From contig OZ024743.1 of NCBI GenBank assembly GCA_964016885.1, forward strand, positions 341,930,001-341,994,000: a stretch of DNA of 64,000 bases, in the 5' to 3' direction. This document shows, in pieces, positions 1-15,941 of this stretch. The position numbers were made by a program, and so were the translations under genes. How positions within the stretch are numbered: the stretch's first letter is position 1; each line of letters begins with the position of its first letter. The stretch comes from Eledone cirrhosa. Its lineage: Eukaryota. The notes beneath the pieces were generated by a model. The model saw nothing but the letters and a program-made list of their open reading frames with translations. It did not search any database and was not told where the DNA came from.

Positions 1-1045
1 TAGCCCAGCCAAAGTCAGGAGTGGCGTCACAAGGCACTGTGTTGGGCCCACTACTTTTCATCTTCTACATTAATGACATTACTGACATCATCAAGCACAG
101 CAACATAAGAATCTTTGCAGATGATTCCAGGCTCCAAAGGGTCATAAATAACGTAGGTGACCGGACTTGCCTTCAGTGAGACCAACTGGCTGTTATCCAA
201 TGGGCAGAAAAGAACAATATGCTGTTGAATGAGGATAAGATTGAGTTAATCCACTTTGGAGAAATGATGACCTGAAACTACCATACGCTCTTCATTCAGG
301 TGAAACTCTCGTGGCATGCAACAACATCAGAGACCTGGGAGCAATTGTACGCATAAGCTGGGCCACTCATAAAAACAGCAAAGTTCACATGGCCCGCAGA
401 ATGTGTTCCTGGATTCTCAGAACCTTCGAGTCGAGAGATATCCACACTGTTATCTCCACTTTTGCCCGACCCAATCTTGAATATTGTTGTTCACTGTGGT
501 GTCACCACACGAGACAAAGTGTCATGAGAGTTGAAGCACCTCAAAAATCAACTACAAAAAGATACGTGGCATGACAGGCCTTGACTATTGGAGTCGATTA
601 GAAAAGCTCAACCTTTATTCTTTCCAACGTCGCCGTGAGCGCTACATTATCTGCATGATGTGGAAAATATTCCATCAGCTTTGCTCAAATGATGTTCGCA
701 TCACTTTAATTTACACCCAAGGCTTGGGCCCCGTGCTATCCGCTCATGAGTAAAGTCTCACTCGCATCTCATAACAACAATACGGCACAATTATTTCACC
801 TCAATTGGCCCCGCTCTTACAGCAAAACACATTAAAACAGAAACAGACCCCATCAAGTTCATGAAGTCTTTGGACAGATTCCTTCAAGAAATCCCGGATA
901 AGCCTCTTACACCCGGATATGCCTCAGTAAACAATAACTCTCTAATTGAGTGTAGACATTGTACCCAAATCCTGGCTTGAAAGACTTCGCCAACTAGTGC
1001 TATTAAGTTAGACATGGCCTGGGCCGAAACCTATCAAAATTAAGT

Positions 1046-1048
<3 letters not shown>
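1..1048 (+). mobile_element. Decayed CR1-group LINE, RT C-terminal half and 3' end (runs off window start)
   Basis: Manual translation at ~27-134 gives SQGTVLGPLLFIFYINDITDIIKHSNIRIFADDSRL (RT motifs B/C). ORF 571-753 has LDYWSRLEKLNLYSFQRRRERY, typical of CR1-group ORF2 tails. Frameshifted, and ends at a (TA)n tract. Confidence 0.85.
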
Positions 1049-1130
<82 letters not shown>

Positions 1131-1134
1131 ATAT

Positions 1135-3312
<2,178 letters not shown>

Positions 3313-3314
<2 letters not shown>

Positions 3315-4850
3315 GCACTATCTTCATCTTAAAGACCCACACTCCCCCCGGCCTGAACTCCCCACCCTTATCCCTTTAGCGTTCGACCGCCCCCCTCCCC
3401 CCACACTTATCCCCCACTAACACCACTAACACACCCCTCCTTTTCACCGCCCACCCCACACTAACAATACTAACACCTCCACTCCACCCCTCATCTGACC
3501 ACCCTTCCCCAACTAACATACTAACATCCCTTCCCTCCCCTCTTCTCCTCCTCCCCCCTCCTTATCACACGCACACACGCACCCACTTACACCACCCAAC
3601 CCACACGCAACTAACATCACTAACACCCCCAACCCCACGCTCACGTACCCACACACCCTCGTACACCACCAACTCTACACACCCTACCACCACTAACCCC
3701 CACTCACACCTGCATTCCACCCCTCCCCACCGCCCGTATACTAACACCCACTAACACCTCTTCACCAAACTACACACACACCAGTACACCACACTCCCTC
3801 CATAGAACCACACACACCATTCTCTCCCCGCTCCACACTCACTCATCCCACTAACACCCCTACTAATACACACACACCCACACACACCCACACCCTCCTC
3901 ACTCCAACTCTCACACCTACCCATCCTCGCCTCCCTATCATTCCGCCGACTGCTGCTATGCCCTTCCGACCACCTCTCAGCACAAACTGACCACAGCACT
4001 CCCACTGCTGACCACTTCCTGTTTCGCGCGCACCCCACATCTCTCCTCTTCCGACCACCGCTTCTTGGATTACCCACACGCGAAATTCACTTCTAAACAA
4101 ATCTCCAAACATCCGTGGAAATTACCAACTTTTCAACCATCCTCTTACACCATCACCTACATAACTCCCCCCCCCCCAAACAATGTTTTTTATCCACACG
4201 CCACCCACACCCACAACACGCTTAAACCACACACAGGTGCTTCCCACCACATATTTACACCCTCAACCTCCTGATTCCTCTCCCCCCACCCCCTATCCAC
4301 ACACGCACAGACACTCCGACCCCCCCCCACACACACACACACACCTTCCTGAACATGCAACCCCGTTCTTCCCCCAACCCTCACTTTCACATACACACAC
4401 ACACGCACACCTAACCACACACACCACCTTCAGCCCTCCCCGCTCGGACACCCCGTCTCCCTCTCCCCACTCCACCCGCCACCACCCCTACTCACCCCAC
4501 ACCCTTCCACCACCTGTTTACCCCCCTTTTAATTTCAGTTTATTTTGATCATGCCTTTATTTTCAAATTTTCTCCTTCCTTGTATTTTGATCATGCTTTA
4601 TTTTTATTTATTATATTTTTTGTCTTTATTTGTTAATTTTTCATTCGCACCGTTTCCTTTCGCTATATGTCTCTCCACCACTCCCCTACACACCTTTTGA
4701 ACTCTGTTCCCACACACTTCTCACCTGAAGAAGGGCTTATGTCCGAAACGTCGTTCCCCACCTACCCCCCACTCTCCTGAGCGTGAATTTAATAAACATT
4801 TATTGTACTGCCTCTCTGTTCTGTCCCTGTTCAATTTTTCATTATATATA
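3313..4850 (+). mobile_element. 5'-truncated Penelope-like element 3' end (last codons of GIY-YIG domain, long C/A-rich UTR, HHR, AATAAA)
   Basis: 3313-3360 reads [15 protein letters not shown], matching the I..L.T..P.GLN C-terminus of PLE endonucleases. HHR core at 4725-4752, AATAAA at 4791, flanked by (TA)n. Confidence 0.6.
4722..4755 (+). ncRNA. Minimal hammerhead ribozyme motif (helix I degenerate)
   Basis: CTGAAGA-A-GGGC-TTAT-GTCC-GAAA-CG-TC. Same type as 54185-54220. Confidence 0.6.
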
Positions 4851-4902
4851 TATAGTATAAAGAAAACGAAAAATCAGTGATGCATCTGGACTTAATTTAT
4901 TG

Positions 4903-4993
4903 CGTGTTACAATTGTTTCGCCGGCAGGTAGCGCGAGACATGGTCCTTGTATGGATTTGGCTGATTCTACTGCTGCAGGTTCTTTCAGACACG
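4903..4993 (-). ncRNA. HHR-like motif in PLE1 3' pLTR (second copy at 10476-10566)
   Basis: CGTGT-CTGAAAGA-(long imperfect helix II)-GAAA-CAATTG-TA-ACACG. Helix I is 5 bp, helix III is palindromic, and the core has one extra nucleotide. Confidence 0.6.
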
Positions 4994-5750
4994 GGTATTT
5001 CGTGCGGAGCAAATTTTATCACTGGGGTGTTATCATCAAAATACACCCTAAAGAACCCTACTTCCACTCTTGTCATGCCATTGGGTGTTTTTACCCCACG
5101 TCATCACAGGTTCTGGTCAATATTTACTGCCACACGCGTCATCACCCATTTTCCGTCCGATACATTTCAATGGAGTCATGCTGGGTTCAGTATCTCACAC
5201 GTCTGTTCACACTTCAGAGTAAGCACCCACACATACGAATATACACACGCACATACAGACACATGCAGATACAGACACGTACGCCTACATGCGCAGACAC
5301 ACACACAACCACATACATATATGTATATATACAGACACACTCTCTCCCTCTTTCCATGGACAGAGTCACACCCACTTGTAGATAAATATCGCCACAAGAC
5401 TTATAACGGCTGCATAATTCAGGTCATGTATCCGGTGAGATAAGGATGGCCTACTCAAACATACACATATATACATACATACGCGCGCACACATACATAC
5501 GCACAACCTTATATACATTTATATATATATATATATAAATATATATATATACATATATATATATATACACTCATACACACACATATATACAGACACACAT
5601 ACATACACATACATACATAAACACACACATATGCATATATATATATATATATATATATACATACATATGCATATATATATATATACTCACACATGCCCAC
5701 ACATAATACAAAATACACATACGTACACAAAATTATATACACACGTACAT

Positions 5751-5795
<45 letters not shown>

Positions 5796-6104
5796 AAAAA
5801 CAACAACCTAATATGCATACGCAGAGCCACATATATACATATATATATACATACGCATATGCAGACATATATACATCTACATATGCATACGCACACATGC
5901 TCCTACATGCATACACATGCACATATGCATATTTGCCTACACACACATGTGATTCCACATATACATATATAAAGAAAACCGTAAGTTAAAAATCAAAAAA
6001 TATATTATAGAATAAAAAAACACAATATACCATAAAATAACGGTAAAATATCATAACCTAAAATATAAAATATAAGCTATAAACTATTAGTATATTATAC
6101 AATA

Positions 6105-6178
<74 letters not shown>

Positions 6179-6424
6179 CCATATATATATATATACATAC
6201 ACACACACACATGTACACAGATTCATACATACACGGATATATACAAAGGATATGTGATAAAGTAATACAAAAAGAATAATAGTAATAATAAAAAAAACAT
6301 ATATACTCCAAATATAATCATCCGTACACATTCCTGTGAGATGCACGTAAACACATACATGTATGCACAGATACACATACACACATATAGAGGCCCACAT
6401 ATGCATAGACCCACACCCACACAC

Positions 6425-6510
<86 letters not shown>

Positions 6511-6724
6511 ACACACTTACTCACCCACACACACGCACGTACTCATACGTGGCTAAACGTACATACGCACGCATATATAGACATACATACATATATATAT
6601 ATTCATATATACACACACATATATATATACACACATACACACACATTCCGCCACATATGTACATACATGCACATGTCTGCACATACGCACCCATGCCCAT
6701 ATACACAATCCCACACACACCCAC

Positions 6725-6771
<47 letters not shown>

Positions 6772-7095
6772 TACACACACACATACATATACCTACGCAC
6801 AGGTTCACACATAAAAATACGCGAATATAAACACAATATGATAATAAAATAATAAAATAAAATAGATAAATAAATTTACAATATTTTAGTGTACATTAAA
6901 ATCTGTATGTAATTGCATAAATAGGTACAAGAAAGAAAGCGGTAAAATAAAAAAAAACGGGTAAAATAAAGAAATGTGGGTGAGGTACAGGAGAAGGTGC
7001 GTGTATCCATGTGATATACTACACGCAGGTAGTATGAGGTGCAAACTTGTGTCCGTATATAGAACAGGTAACAGTAACAGAACAATAATAGAACA

Positions 7096-7212
7096 ATAAT
7101 TGTCTCTACTTTAGGCACAAGGCCAGCACATAGCCAGTGCATTACTGGTACTTTATTTTATCGACCCCGTAAGGATGAAAGGCAAAGTCAACCTCGGTAG
7201 GATTTGAACTCA
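7096..7212 (-). mobile_element. tRNA-derived SINE, 5'-truncated, inserted in the PLE1 3' UTR
   Basis: B-box GAGTTCAAATCC, central GCCTTTCATCCTTACGGGGTCGATAAAATAAAGTACCAG, tail GGCCTTGTGCCTAAAGTAGA. AAT-like flanks. Confidence 0.85.
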
Positions 7213-7503
7213 ATAATGACAGTAATAATCATTGTTCGAAAGTGGAACAGGTGGAGAGTATATTGTGACGAATGACGGGGTACACATTCAAGGGGTCTCC
7301 CGTCCCGGTCGCCATGGAGCATGTCACCGTGCCTGGGGTGTGCTGTTCTATATGTTTAGCGCACAGGACCGGGGCCCGTGTTAGCCGGTCCCGGCCCATG
7401 CGATGTATCATCCAATGTTGTGTGCTCGGTCAGATGCGGCCCTGGTTTATATATGTTTGCCTCACGGGTCGCACACCGTCATCATGGCATGGAGTCAGAT
7501 CTT

Positions 7504-10297
7504 TTAATCCCGTTGGGCCAATCGGGTCTGTGCGTACCCGTTCCCATGCCACCTTCCTGCGCCAACCGGAGGATTCCATGCTGCAAATGTGCATCTTCTC
7601 TGGTGTCTGCATGTCATGATAATTTCAGACTTCAGGTTGACGGCGTCATCCTTCAGTCTGACTATCTCCATGGCCTCGTGTAGGCATAAACGGCACTTTC
7701 TACTTCCGGCCGAATATGCCCTTGCGTGGCGAACGATACTCCATTCCAGGGCGTACGGAGTGTCTTGGTCTTTCAGGTCCCACACCGGGTCCGCTAACCT
7801 GGTGGAGTGCCTTTTGTTACGGTCACTGAAGGAATTCGTGTCATTATATATCCACGATTTAAAGGTCGTGGATGTTGCGCCAATATAGGTGCGATGCGCG
7901 TTTTGGGTTGTAACCACACACTTGTATATTAAGTCTTTCATCAAGCATTTTCCCTGTAGAGGGCACCGGGTGCCCGCTCTACAGTTACAAGTTCTGCTGT
8001 CAGTTCTTGTGCATCCGATATCCGGGCCTCGATCTGTTATGGCCCTCTCAAGGTTCTAAGTGTGTTGTACCGCCGACACTGTTGTCTCCCCCATGCCACT
8101 GTTTCCCTCTCGGTGTTGGACCATATAGCCCTCCGGAGGCGCTCTGGTCGCCTCAGGGGCCGGGTTGTCATTTGAGGGCAGGTCCCTGGGTGATTATCTG
8201 CGCTCCGAAAGACGGTTACTCTGTCGCCGCGTTTGACGACCATTGTGCGCCATCTTCACCGCGTTAGTTTTAGCCATGTAGTCGGCCATATTAGGCGCCG
8301 TGGAGAAGGAAAATTTCACCGTGTAAAGATTTTGTGTTACTTGTTTGTCGAGGGAAAGCACTCATACAACGCTCGGGAGAAGAGACCTGGCACATTGGTG
8401 CGTACATGTTTGGAGTAAGGCGCATTGAACCAGGTAACGGCCTTAGATCTGTTCCTTCGTGTGCGTGGAATCGTGTTGGTGTGTCCAGGACTCGATGTCC
8501 GTCCAGTGCTCGGCCCAACCACAATTTCATCCCATGTGTTGTCTCTGTCTACTTGCCCGCTATGCACGTCGGGGTTATGCTCTAAAGTTATAAAGTTACG
8601 TCGTTCTATGTGGTAATCTATACGACTATTCCCCTTAGATCTATGTGATGCTGTTGTCGGTGCTGTAGCACTACAACCAGGCTGGTAGTGCTCCCTGGCA
8701 TGTTCCCCGTTCGTATTTGTCGAAGTTCTGTCCATGGTCCCAGTTGCCGCGGAGTATGCAGTGTGCGTGCCAGGCCCATGCCTCCGCGTACTGGGTGGTC
8801 TGGCTCCTATGGGTGCCTTTGTCCTACCTCCGGTCGGTCCTGTGTCATTAATGCTAGTTGTGTTGTTATTTGTGTTCTTGGATACTGCTACCGGGTCAAT
8901 TTTTCTACCTAAGGAGGCGCCCCCGCTATTGGCATTTCTACACGCCTTATCACTAGGCTCTACTCTGTCCGGGGTATATATTATTGTGTCTCTGTAACGG
9001 CCCTGCGCAGTGCTTCATTATAATATTTGGCGTGCTGTTTAAACACTTCTGCGTTCGACGACATGGTGGATACGCGTTTGGATACCCCTTTAACTATGGC
9101 TTCTATGACTGTCTTAGTGTGATTCGATTTCCTGTTGACATATTGCAGGTTTTCGTTGGGCTCATGGTATGGTCTGTGGATGGCCGTATTCATTTCCAAA
9201 GTAACGTCCAGGAAATTGACCGTCTTAGTGCTAGGGTCTATTGTCGCGGATAAGCCGTGTTGTTAAAAAAAATGCCTATGGATGAGATATATCCCCACAA
9301 GGTCGGTCACCTGCGCCGAGTCACTTGACCCCATGGTGATATCGAAACTGTCGGGTTTGTCCCTCCTCTCGCATAACTTGTCTTCGAAACTAATTAGCGT
9401 CTTTCTGGATGCTACTATGAGGTTGGTCTCGTCCCTAGTGAGGCTAGATCTGGCCATGGCGCTGATCAGGGCCTTATTGACTAGTATCGGAGATACTGAC
9501 CCGTAATAGCTATATATGTCTAACTGAATAAAATTTACTTGGTGTTTGTCAGCTATTAACGCGAGCCAGTCAATTACCTCCTTAGTGGAGGTCCATAGGC
9601 TAAGCTTAGTTTTGTTTCTAAGTACCAGTATTATCCTATCGATAATATTCTTGCTGGTCCTGCCTAGGTCTGATTTGGAGGGTGCTATTAACCTAACCTG
9701 TAGTTTAGATTTAAAGTCTAATTTATGGTCCGTAATAGATATCCGTGGTTTTCTAGGTACATATACCTCGGTCCTATCCTCTAGTCTTAGCCCCGTCAGT
9801 ATACTTTTTGTCGTGGCGTTAATACTATCTAAATTTGTCTGTTCTGTGGTCCTATAGTTTTTCCTAATCTCTTTCCCGAGGCAGTCATTGTGTGTAAAAC
9901 GGTCAAGCATGTATACATTACTAGTTTTGTCCGAGGGCACGAGTAAATCCTGGCATGTTTCCATGCTTCTGATGGTGGATCCGAGACTTTTGAAATATTT
10001 TGCCAGCCGTGCACTATTCCTATGGAACTTGATGTTACGAAATATGTTGACTATCCGGTTTTCAAATTCCTCCAGCTGTGCATTATGTGGTGGGTGTCTT
10101 CTCAATCTAAATATCCGCTTTACGCGGTCCTGAGGGGAGTCTGGCGCGTGTTGTTGTGTCCGCCTGTCGTGGTGAAATCCGCGCCACCTCATGCGTCTGA
10201 TGAACGAGTTGGTGTGGTATATTAGCAGACCCATGTATGTGTTATCAGATGGGATCGGTATGTCTTTCATGGAAGAAGAGTAGTTGAATTTTTCCAT
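7504..10297 (-). pseudogene. PLE1 RT + GIY-YIG endonuclease ORF, several frameshifts and stops
   Basis: FIRRMRWR, PSDKTSNVY, QLDIYSYYGSV, FDITMGSSDSAQVTDLVGIY, FLDVTL, YVNRKSNH, WFNAPYS..V.TN, CNC..CPL.GKC, IYKC...TYIG...TFK, CRLCLHE, spread over ORFs 9263-10297, 8981-9199, 8337-8735 and 7504-7944. Confidence 0.9.
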
Positions 10298-10744
10298 GGT
10301 GAATCGCTGTAAGCGCTCTACTTGTGGAGGAACGTAGTATATAGTTTTGTATAATGGTAGCTATGGTGCTTCCATAGGCGATATGCCAAAATAAGCACTC
10401 GATATTCAGCAGAGTAGAGTGTAGATAGTACAAAGTAAACGAAAAATCAGTGATGCATCTGGACTTAATTTATTGCGTGTTACAATTGTTTCGCCGGCAG
10501 GTAGCGCGAGACATGGTCCTTGTATGCATCTGGAGGATTCTACTGCTGCAGGTTCTTTCAGACACGGGTATTTCGTTCGAAGCAAATTTTATCACTGGGG
10601 TGTTACCATCAAAAAACACCCTAAAAAAAACCTACTTCCACTCTTGTCATGCCATTGGGTGTTTTTACTCCACGTCATCACAAGTTCTGGTCAATATTTA
10701 CTGCCACACGGGTCATCAGCCATTTTCCGTCCGACACATTTCAA

Positions 10745-10816
<72 letters not shown>

Positions 10817-11225
10817 TATATATATATGTAAATATATATATACATATATAGAAGGAAGCATAATAGTATATATATATATATATATATATACACCATGGCT
10901 GGTGCAGAAACGGAATCAAATATTCATTAAAAACAACTGAAGGCCGGAATGGAAAGTTTCTTTAGAATTTTAATGCCACTACACGGCGTGACGCAAGAAC
11001 AGTCAATTATTATTCATGCTTTAAACGCAATTTGCACGATTGTATAAAAACAATTGTTCAGATTTAAGGTGGATTTAAATTAAAAACCTTGTTCTTTTTT
11101 TGTTAGTTTGTTTTTTTCAGTATTACACATATATATATATATATATACATATGAATGGCATGAGTTCGTTCGGCGGGGCATATGTGTTGAATGGGTTGAT
11201 TTCGTGTATATATATATATATATAC

Positions 11226-11318
<93 letters not shown>

Positions 11319-11769
11319 GAATGTATGTATAGTATATTTGGTAATATACCGTATGTTTAATTAAAAACATTTTGAAGACCTTGCGATATCATTTTAAAAT
11401 AGTGACTATGTCACTTCTTTTTTCGGCAAAGGAAGTGAGAAAAGCTGACAGATTCTGTTTCACACTGTTGGTGTTTCTCAGAGCAACGTACACCACGACC
11501 TCTGCCGAAAATTATAGAGGCTGTATTCTTATAGAAATCCAGTAATAATCAGCAAAAATTAAAAATTAGGATTGGTGCTCTGAAATAGCGATGTATACAT
11601 GAATGTATGTATAGTATATTTGGTAATATACCGTATGTTTAATTAAAAACATTTTGAAGACTTTGCGCTATCATTTAAATTACCAAATATACTATACATA
11701 CATTCATTTATACATCGCTATTTCAGAGCACCGAACCTCATTTTTAATTTTAGCTGGACCGGCAATCGC

Positions 11770-11873
11770 TCTGTTTAATCAGTCTGTTTAATCAGTCTGT
11801 TTAATCATTCTGTTTAATCAGTCTGTTTAATCAGTCTGTTTAATCAGTCTGTTTAATCGCTCTGTTTAATCAG
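11770..11873. repeat. 13-bp minisatellite (TCTGTTTAATCAG) x8
   Basis: Seen directly inside the fold-back element. Confidence 0.95.
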
Positions 11874-11932
11874 TTCCTGAATTCTATAAGTATCCAACCT
11901 TTATAATTTTCGGCAGAGGTAGGGAGTACGTT

Positions 11933-11973
11933 GCTCCGAGGAACACCAACAGTGTGAAACAGAATCTGTCAGC
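11933..11973 (+). ncRNA. Type I HHR (inverted copy at 11444-11484)
   Basis: GCT-CCGAGGA-ACAC-CAACA-GTGT-GAAA-CAGAATCTG-TC-AGC. The other copy has core CTGAGAA, so the consensus is CTGAGGA. Confidence 0.72.
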
Positions 11974-12477
11974 TTCTCTCCCTTCTTTTGCCGAAAAAAG
12001 AAGTGACATAGTCACTACTTTAAAATGATAGCGCAAGGTTTTTTTAAATGTTTTCAATTAAACATACGGTATATTACCAAATATACTATACATACATTCA
12101 TGTATACATCGTTATTTTAGAGCACCAATCCTAATTTTTAATATATATATATACACGAAATCAACTCATTCATCAGATATGTACATATATATGGAAAATG
12201 TAGCTAGCAGCTGAAGTATTTGATAAAGTTATATCTGTATAAATACAGAGTGTGTAACCGAGCTTGAACCAATGAGCATAAGTATATTCAAGTATATAAT
12301 ATATACGCATGGAAATATGCCAGAAAAGGCGAGTATCTCTGTAAATTAAAACGAAATGATAAACATCTTTAATCGCCGTATAATTCTGGAGACAGTTATG
12401 TAGGCAAATAGATAGACAGAGAGATTGAATTATATGACAATAATTCCGATTGAAAGTGGAATGTCAATTATAAAGAT

Positions 12478-12664
12478 AATTGTTTCTACTTTAGGCACAA
12501 GGCCAGCAATTATCCAGTTCATTACTGGTACTTTATTTTATCGACCCCGTAAGGATGAAAGGCAAAGTCAACCTCGGCGGGATTTGAACTCAGATCGTAA
12601 AGGGACGTAACTATGCTGGAAAGCATGGCGTCCGACCCTCTACCGATACTGCCAATCCACCGCC
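12478..12664 (-). mobile_element. tRNA-derived SINE, full length
   Basis: A-box TGGCAGTATCGG, B-box GAGTTCAAATCC, conserved central domain, tail GGCCTTGTGCCTAAAGTAGAAACAATT. Confidence 0.9.
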
Positions 12665-14402
12665 CATCTATAAAGATAATAAAATCTAAACAATGGAAAT
12701 ATTGTTAGGAATTATGGAACCTATTCCACAATTTGATTATTTTCCGATGAAACAGTAGAAAGGATTTGGCAACGTTGTCAGTCATATATCTATCTCCAAT
12801 AATCTGTAAAGAAGAAACTGTTCTGTCGATGGCATATATGTTAAGAATCAAATGCGGTAGTATATGATTCCAAGTACCATATATGTTAGGATATAAGATA
12901 TCCTCGCCACCGAAACGAGTCAAATAATACCATGGATCTTATATACAAAGGAATCTGGTAGGCTAATAATTTTTCTAAATATTCTAAATATTGTACTGAA
13001 GTGGAGAGGGTCTCCTATACAACATACGGTACTATATGCTAACAAATACAGTAGTTTTCAGTTTCAGTACATTTGAAGTGGACTCGGCCCTTACTGATCA
13101 GTTTATATTTATTCTGCGATACGTTGTTTATGAAAAAAAAAGCTAGTAGAAACGCATTTGAATTCCCTGGAGGCTGAAGAACTAGATATTTCTCTGGTAT
13201 AATGTTTAAAAGATGATGGAATTGATTTTGAAGACTGTAGAAGACTATCCTATGACATTGCCACCAATATGTCTTGTCACTACATATGAATGCAACCCAG
13301 ACTTCAGGAAATGGTTTTTTTTTTCCTTGTGAAAAGGTTGAAAAGGTTGCTGTCTCATGCTCTAGTAAAGGTGTCAATTATTTTGGCGTCATACATAGGT
13401 TTTCCACCATCAAAACACAGATGGAAAAATCTAATGAAGTCATTGGAAGGTGTAAAATAGCCGTATTGTGAAGTGTACACCAAACACACATTAGTGAGCA
13501 AGAGCTGAAGCTTTCGTAGATGGTTGTTACTACATTTAAAATTTACTCCGAGATATTGAAAGTGACTTGGGACAAACATCTGAAGTAAGAAATCTAGCAC
13601 ATACATTGGCTGAGGAAGAGGAATGTCTTTACATTACTCTGATATACAAGACCTGGAATCTAATTAGTGTAAAATTCAACAGCACCAAGACAGATTTTCA
13701 GGGATTTGAAGTTGACCTGAATAGAGTGATTGATCTAACTGATTCTCGAGAATAGATTCTAAAATTATTTCGGGATAGGTATTAAATATAAAAACTGAAA
13801 GTCAAGAACATCTGACCCATCACCAACTTCAAAATAACAACATGTAGGCCAACAATGCAAATCCAACATCAGTCTGAGAGGAAATTGTTCGTTCCCCAGG
13901 AGACAAACTTAATTGTATGTCTTTTAATGCATTAAAATCATTTTAGATCAGTTGTCTGTTGCTTTACAAGCATGCAGGGTAGCCTATGTATTAGTGTATA
14001 AGTTCAAAGCCATAGTGTAAACATGTAGTTTATCTGATAGAGAGATAAAAACTAGAATTAAGAAACGTATCATTGCTCCGTGAGTTTAGTTCTGTAGTGA
14101 TGGAAGGAATTGTCCATTGTCCAACATATATAATTAGTTATTTATACAGGAAAATATGAAAATAGAGAAATAACAGTAAAATAAATCTTTAATAATTGGT
14201 AGAATAACCGAGAGTGGTATCCGATGGATATAATATATCTAAGCAAGTCCGTACGAATGTATAAAACACGTAAGACTAAAACTAATTCAAAGATAATTAT
14301 TTGCGATATCACTTTCGAAAAATGGAATTGTTTCGGTGATTGATGGGTACAACTGCCAGTTACGCAAGTGTAAATTTTACACGGCACACAGTGACCTCCC
14401 CA

Positions 14403-14464
14403 CGAAGAAGAAGAAGAAGAAGAAGAAGAAGAAGAAGAAGAAGAAGAAGAAGAAGAAGAAGAAG

Positions 14465-14494
<30 letters not shown>
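14403..14494. repeat. (GAA)n microsatellite, ~30 units
   Basis: Seen directly. Confidence 0.98.
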
Positions 14495-14495
<1 letters not shown>

Positions 14496-14514
14496 TAGAA
14501 TGTAGATACAGTAT

Positions 14515-14832
14515 CCGACCCATCGATCTCTGCATCGTTCGGCTTTACTAGAGTTTGCCTTGCTAGCCTTGGCGGCGACCGTTCGTTCTCTGCGTGTTTC
14601 GGCTCCACTAGGCCTCTCCTTGCCCACCGTGACGCCGACCGTATTTTCACGGTGTTCCCCGACTTCGCTTGGCCCTGCCTAGCCCGCCTTATAGGTGACC
14701 GTTCGTTCTCGTCGTCTGTCGGCTGTGCGAGGCTCCGCTTCGCTCGCCTTGGCGCCGAACATTCTTTTCCGTCGTCCTTTGGCTTCACTATGCACCGCTT
14801 CGATTACTCTGGCGCCGATCATTCGTCCCTGG
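14515..14832. repeat. Diverged GC-rich 60-bp tandem repeat, ~5.3 units
   Basis: CGACCGTTCGTTCTC-like anchors at 14517, 14576, 14636, 14696, 14756 and 14816. Confidence 0.8.
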
Positions 14833-15814
14833 CATCCTTTTACTGTATATAACCAAGCGAGTTTACTTACGGTTAAAGCTGATTAATGTTAAACCCAATA
14901 ATTTACACTAGCTGCTCAGCACCAGACAGAGTGGTCGCGTTATGATATATGAAAATGGTATGTGTGCCAAAATATTCGTTGTTTCAACTTTTTACATTAT
15001 TTTCTTAACAGCATCTCGCAATACAAAAGTTGTCCATATTATAAGATGTAATGGTCTGTTACTGGTTCGTACTGTAACATTTTATGACGGAAAAGTGCCT
15101 ATGGGGAAATCTGCGCATTTCGTATCTATGATTTTAAATATACACAATACATGTGGGCGGTGGAAAACTTTTTCATGTGAAAGTTACCAATGACGCTAAA
15201 ATGGTTTAAAGGTTCCTTCGTTGATTTGAAATCTCCAATTGCAATTCTCCCGTGTCTGTTTGATTTTATCAATCGAAAAATTATAAATCGATTAAATCCG
15301 CTTTTGTATAATCAAATATCTGAATGTCGGCATAATGTTAATTCTCTGGAAATATATACATCAAATATTTGTTGGTTCAGTGAAGTAAATATTCTCTTAA
15401 TACTAATTTCCTATTGATTCATAAAGCACATGTTTATATATCTTCGCTAATTATTTTTTTCCGTTAATCTTCGGATAAAATTACATCTCAGATCGTTACT
15501 ATATTTATTTTACTTATTGTTATGTTGTTGTTGTTGATCTAATTGATCTTGTTATTTTAGCTCGGGGCTGCCTTAATCCAGTCGATCAATGATCAAAGGC
15601 ATTCAAGACACTATTTATCTAAATCTATACTATCCAATATGTCCAATTTTGTTTTTTAGGAAGAGGGCTACCACATCACACGCCATCATGTAAGAGCTCT
15701 CCATATACGATATTGCATTGTTCCAGTTGGATCTATATATATTTCGTTGAGCCAAAGTTCTTGCTGAAACTGCTACAAATAGTAACCAAATGCCATTCAC
15801 ATTATAAAATGCCG

Positions 15815-15901
15815 GTTGAAAAAGGTAAGTGTATATTATATAACGTAGTTTTAAATAGTATACGGCATTGCCCCACCTCTCTCTCCCCCTCTCTCTTTCT
15901 G

Positions 15902-15941
<40 letters not shown>

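Larger units (their letters stand above)
4853..10746 (-). mobile_element. Neptune-type Penelope-like element (PLE1) with direct pseudo-LTRs
   Basis: RT then GIY-YIG ORF remnants at 10297->7504. ~320-bp direct repeats at 4853-5172 and 10426-10746. (TA)n at both ends. Confidence 0.9.
11318..12145. mobile_element. Non-coding tandem plus fold-back element with HHRs
   Basis: 11318-11600 is repeated in part directly (from ~11600) and inverted at ~11880-12140. HHRs at 11444-11484 (-) and 11933-11973 (+). Related to 40235-40700. Confidence 0.75.

Noticed and set aside
1005-1040. GGCC..GGCCGAAAC at the CR1 3' end (also 54560-54580) as an HHR
   Set aside because: No CUGANGA half and no helix I. More likely the LINE 3' recognition stem-loop.
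11770-11873. CRISPR-like array
   Set aside because: Head-to-tail 13-mers with no spacers, in a eukaryotic context.
12478-12664. tRNA gene
   Set aside because: A/B boxes belong to a multi-copy SINE head, with no cloverleaf.
12700-13800. Possible very old PLE RT remnant (GDPL, LEYLEN, YDAK..LL words, minus)
   Set aside because: Too decayed to support without a profile search.
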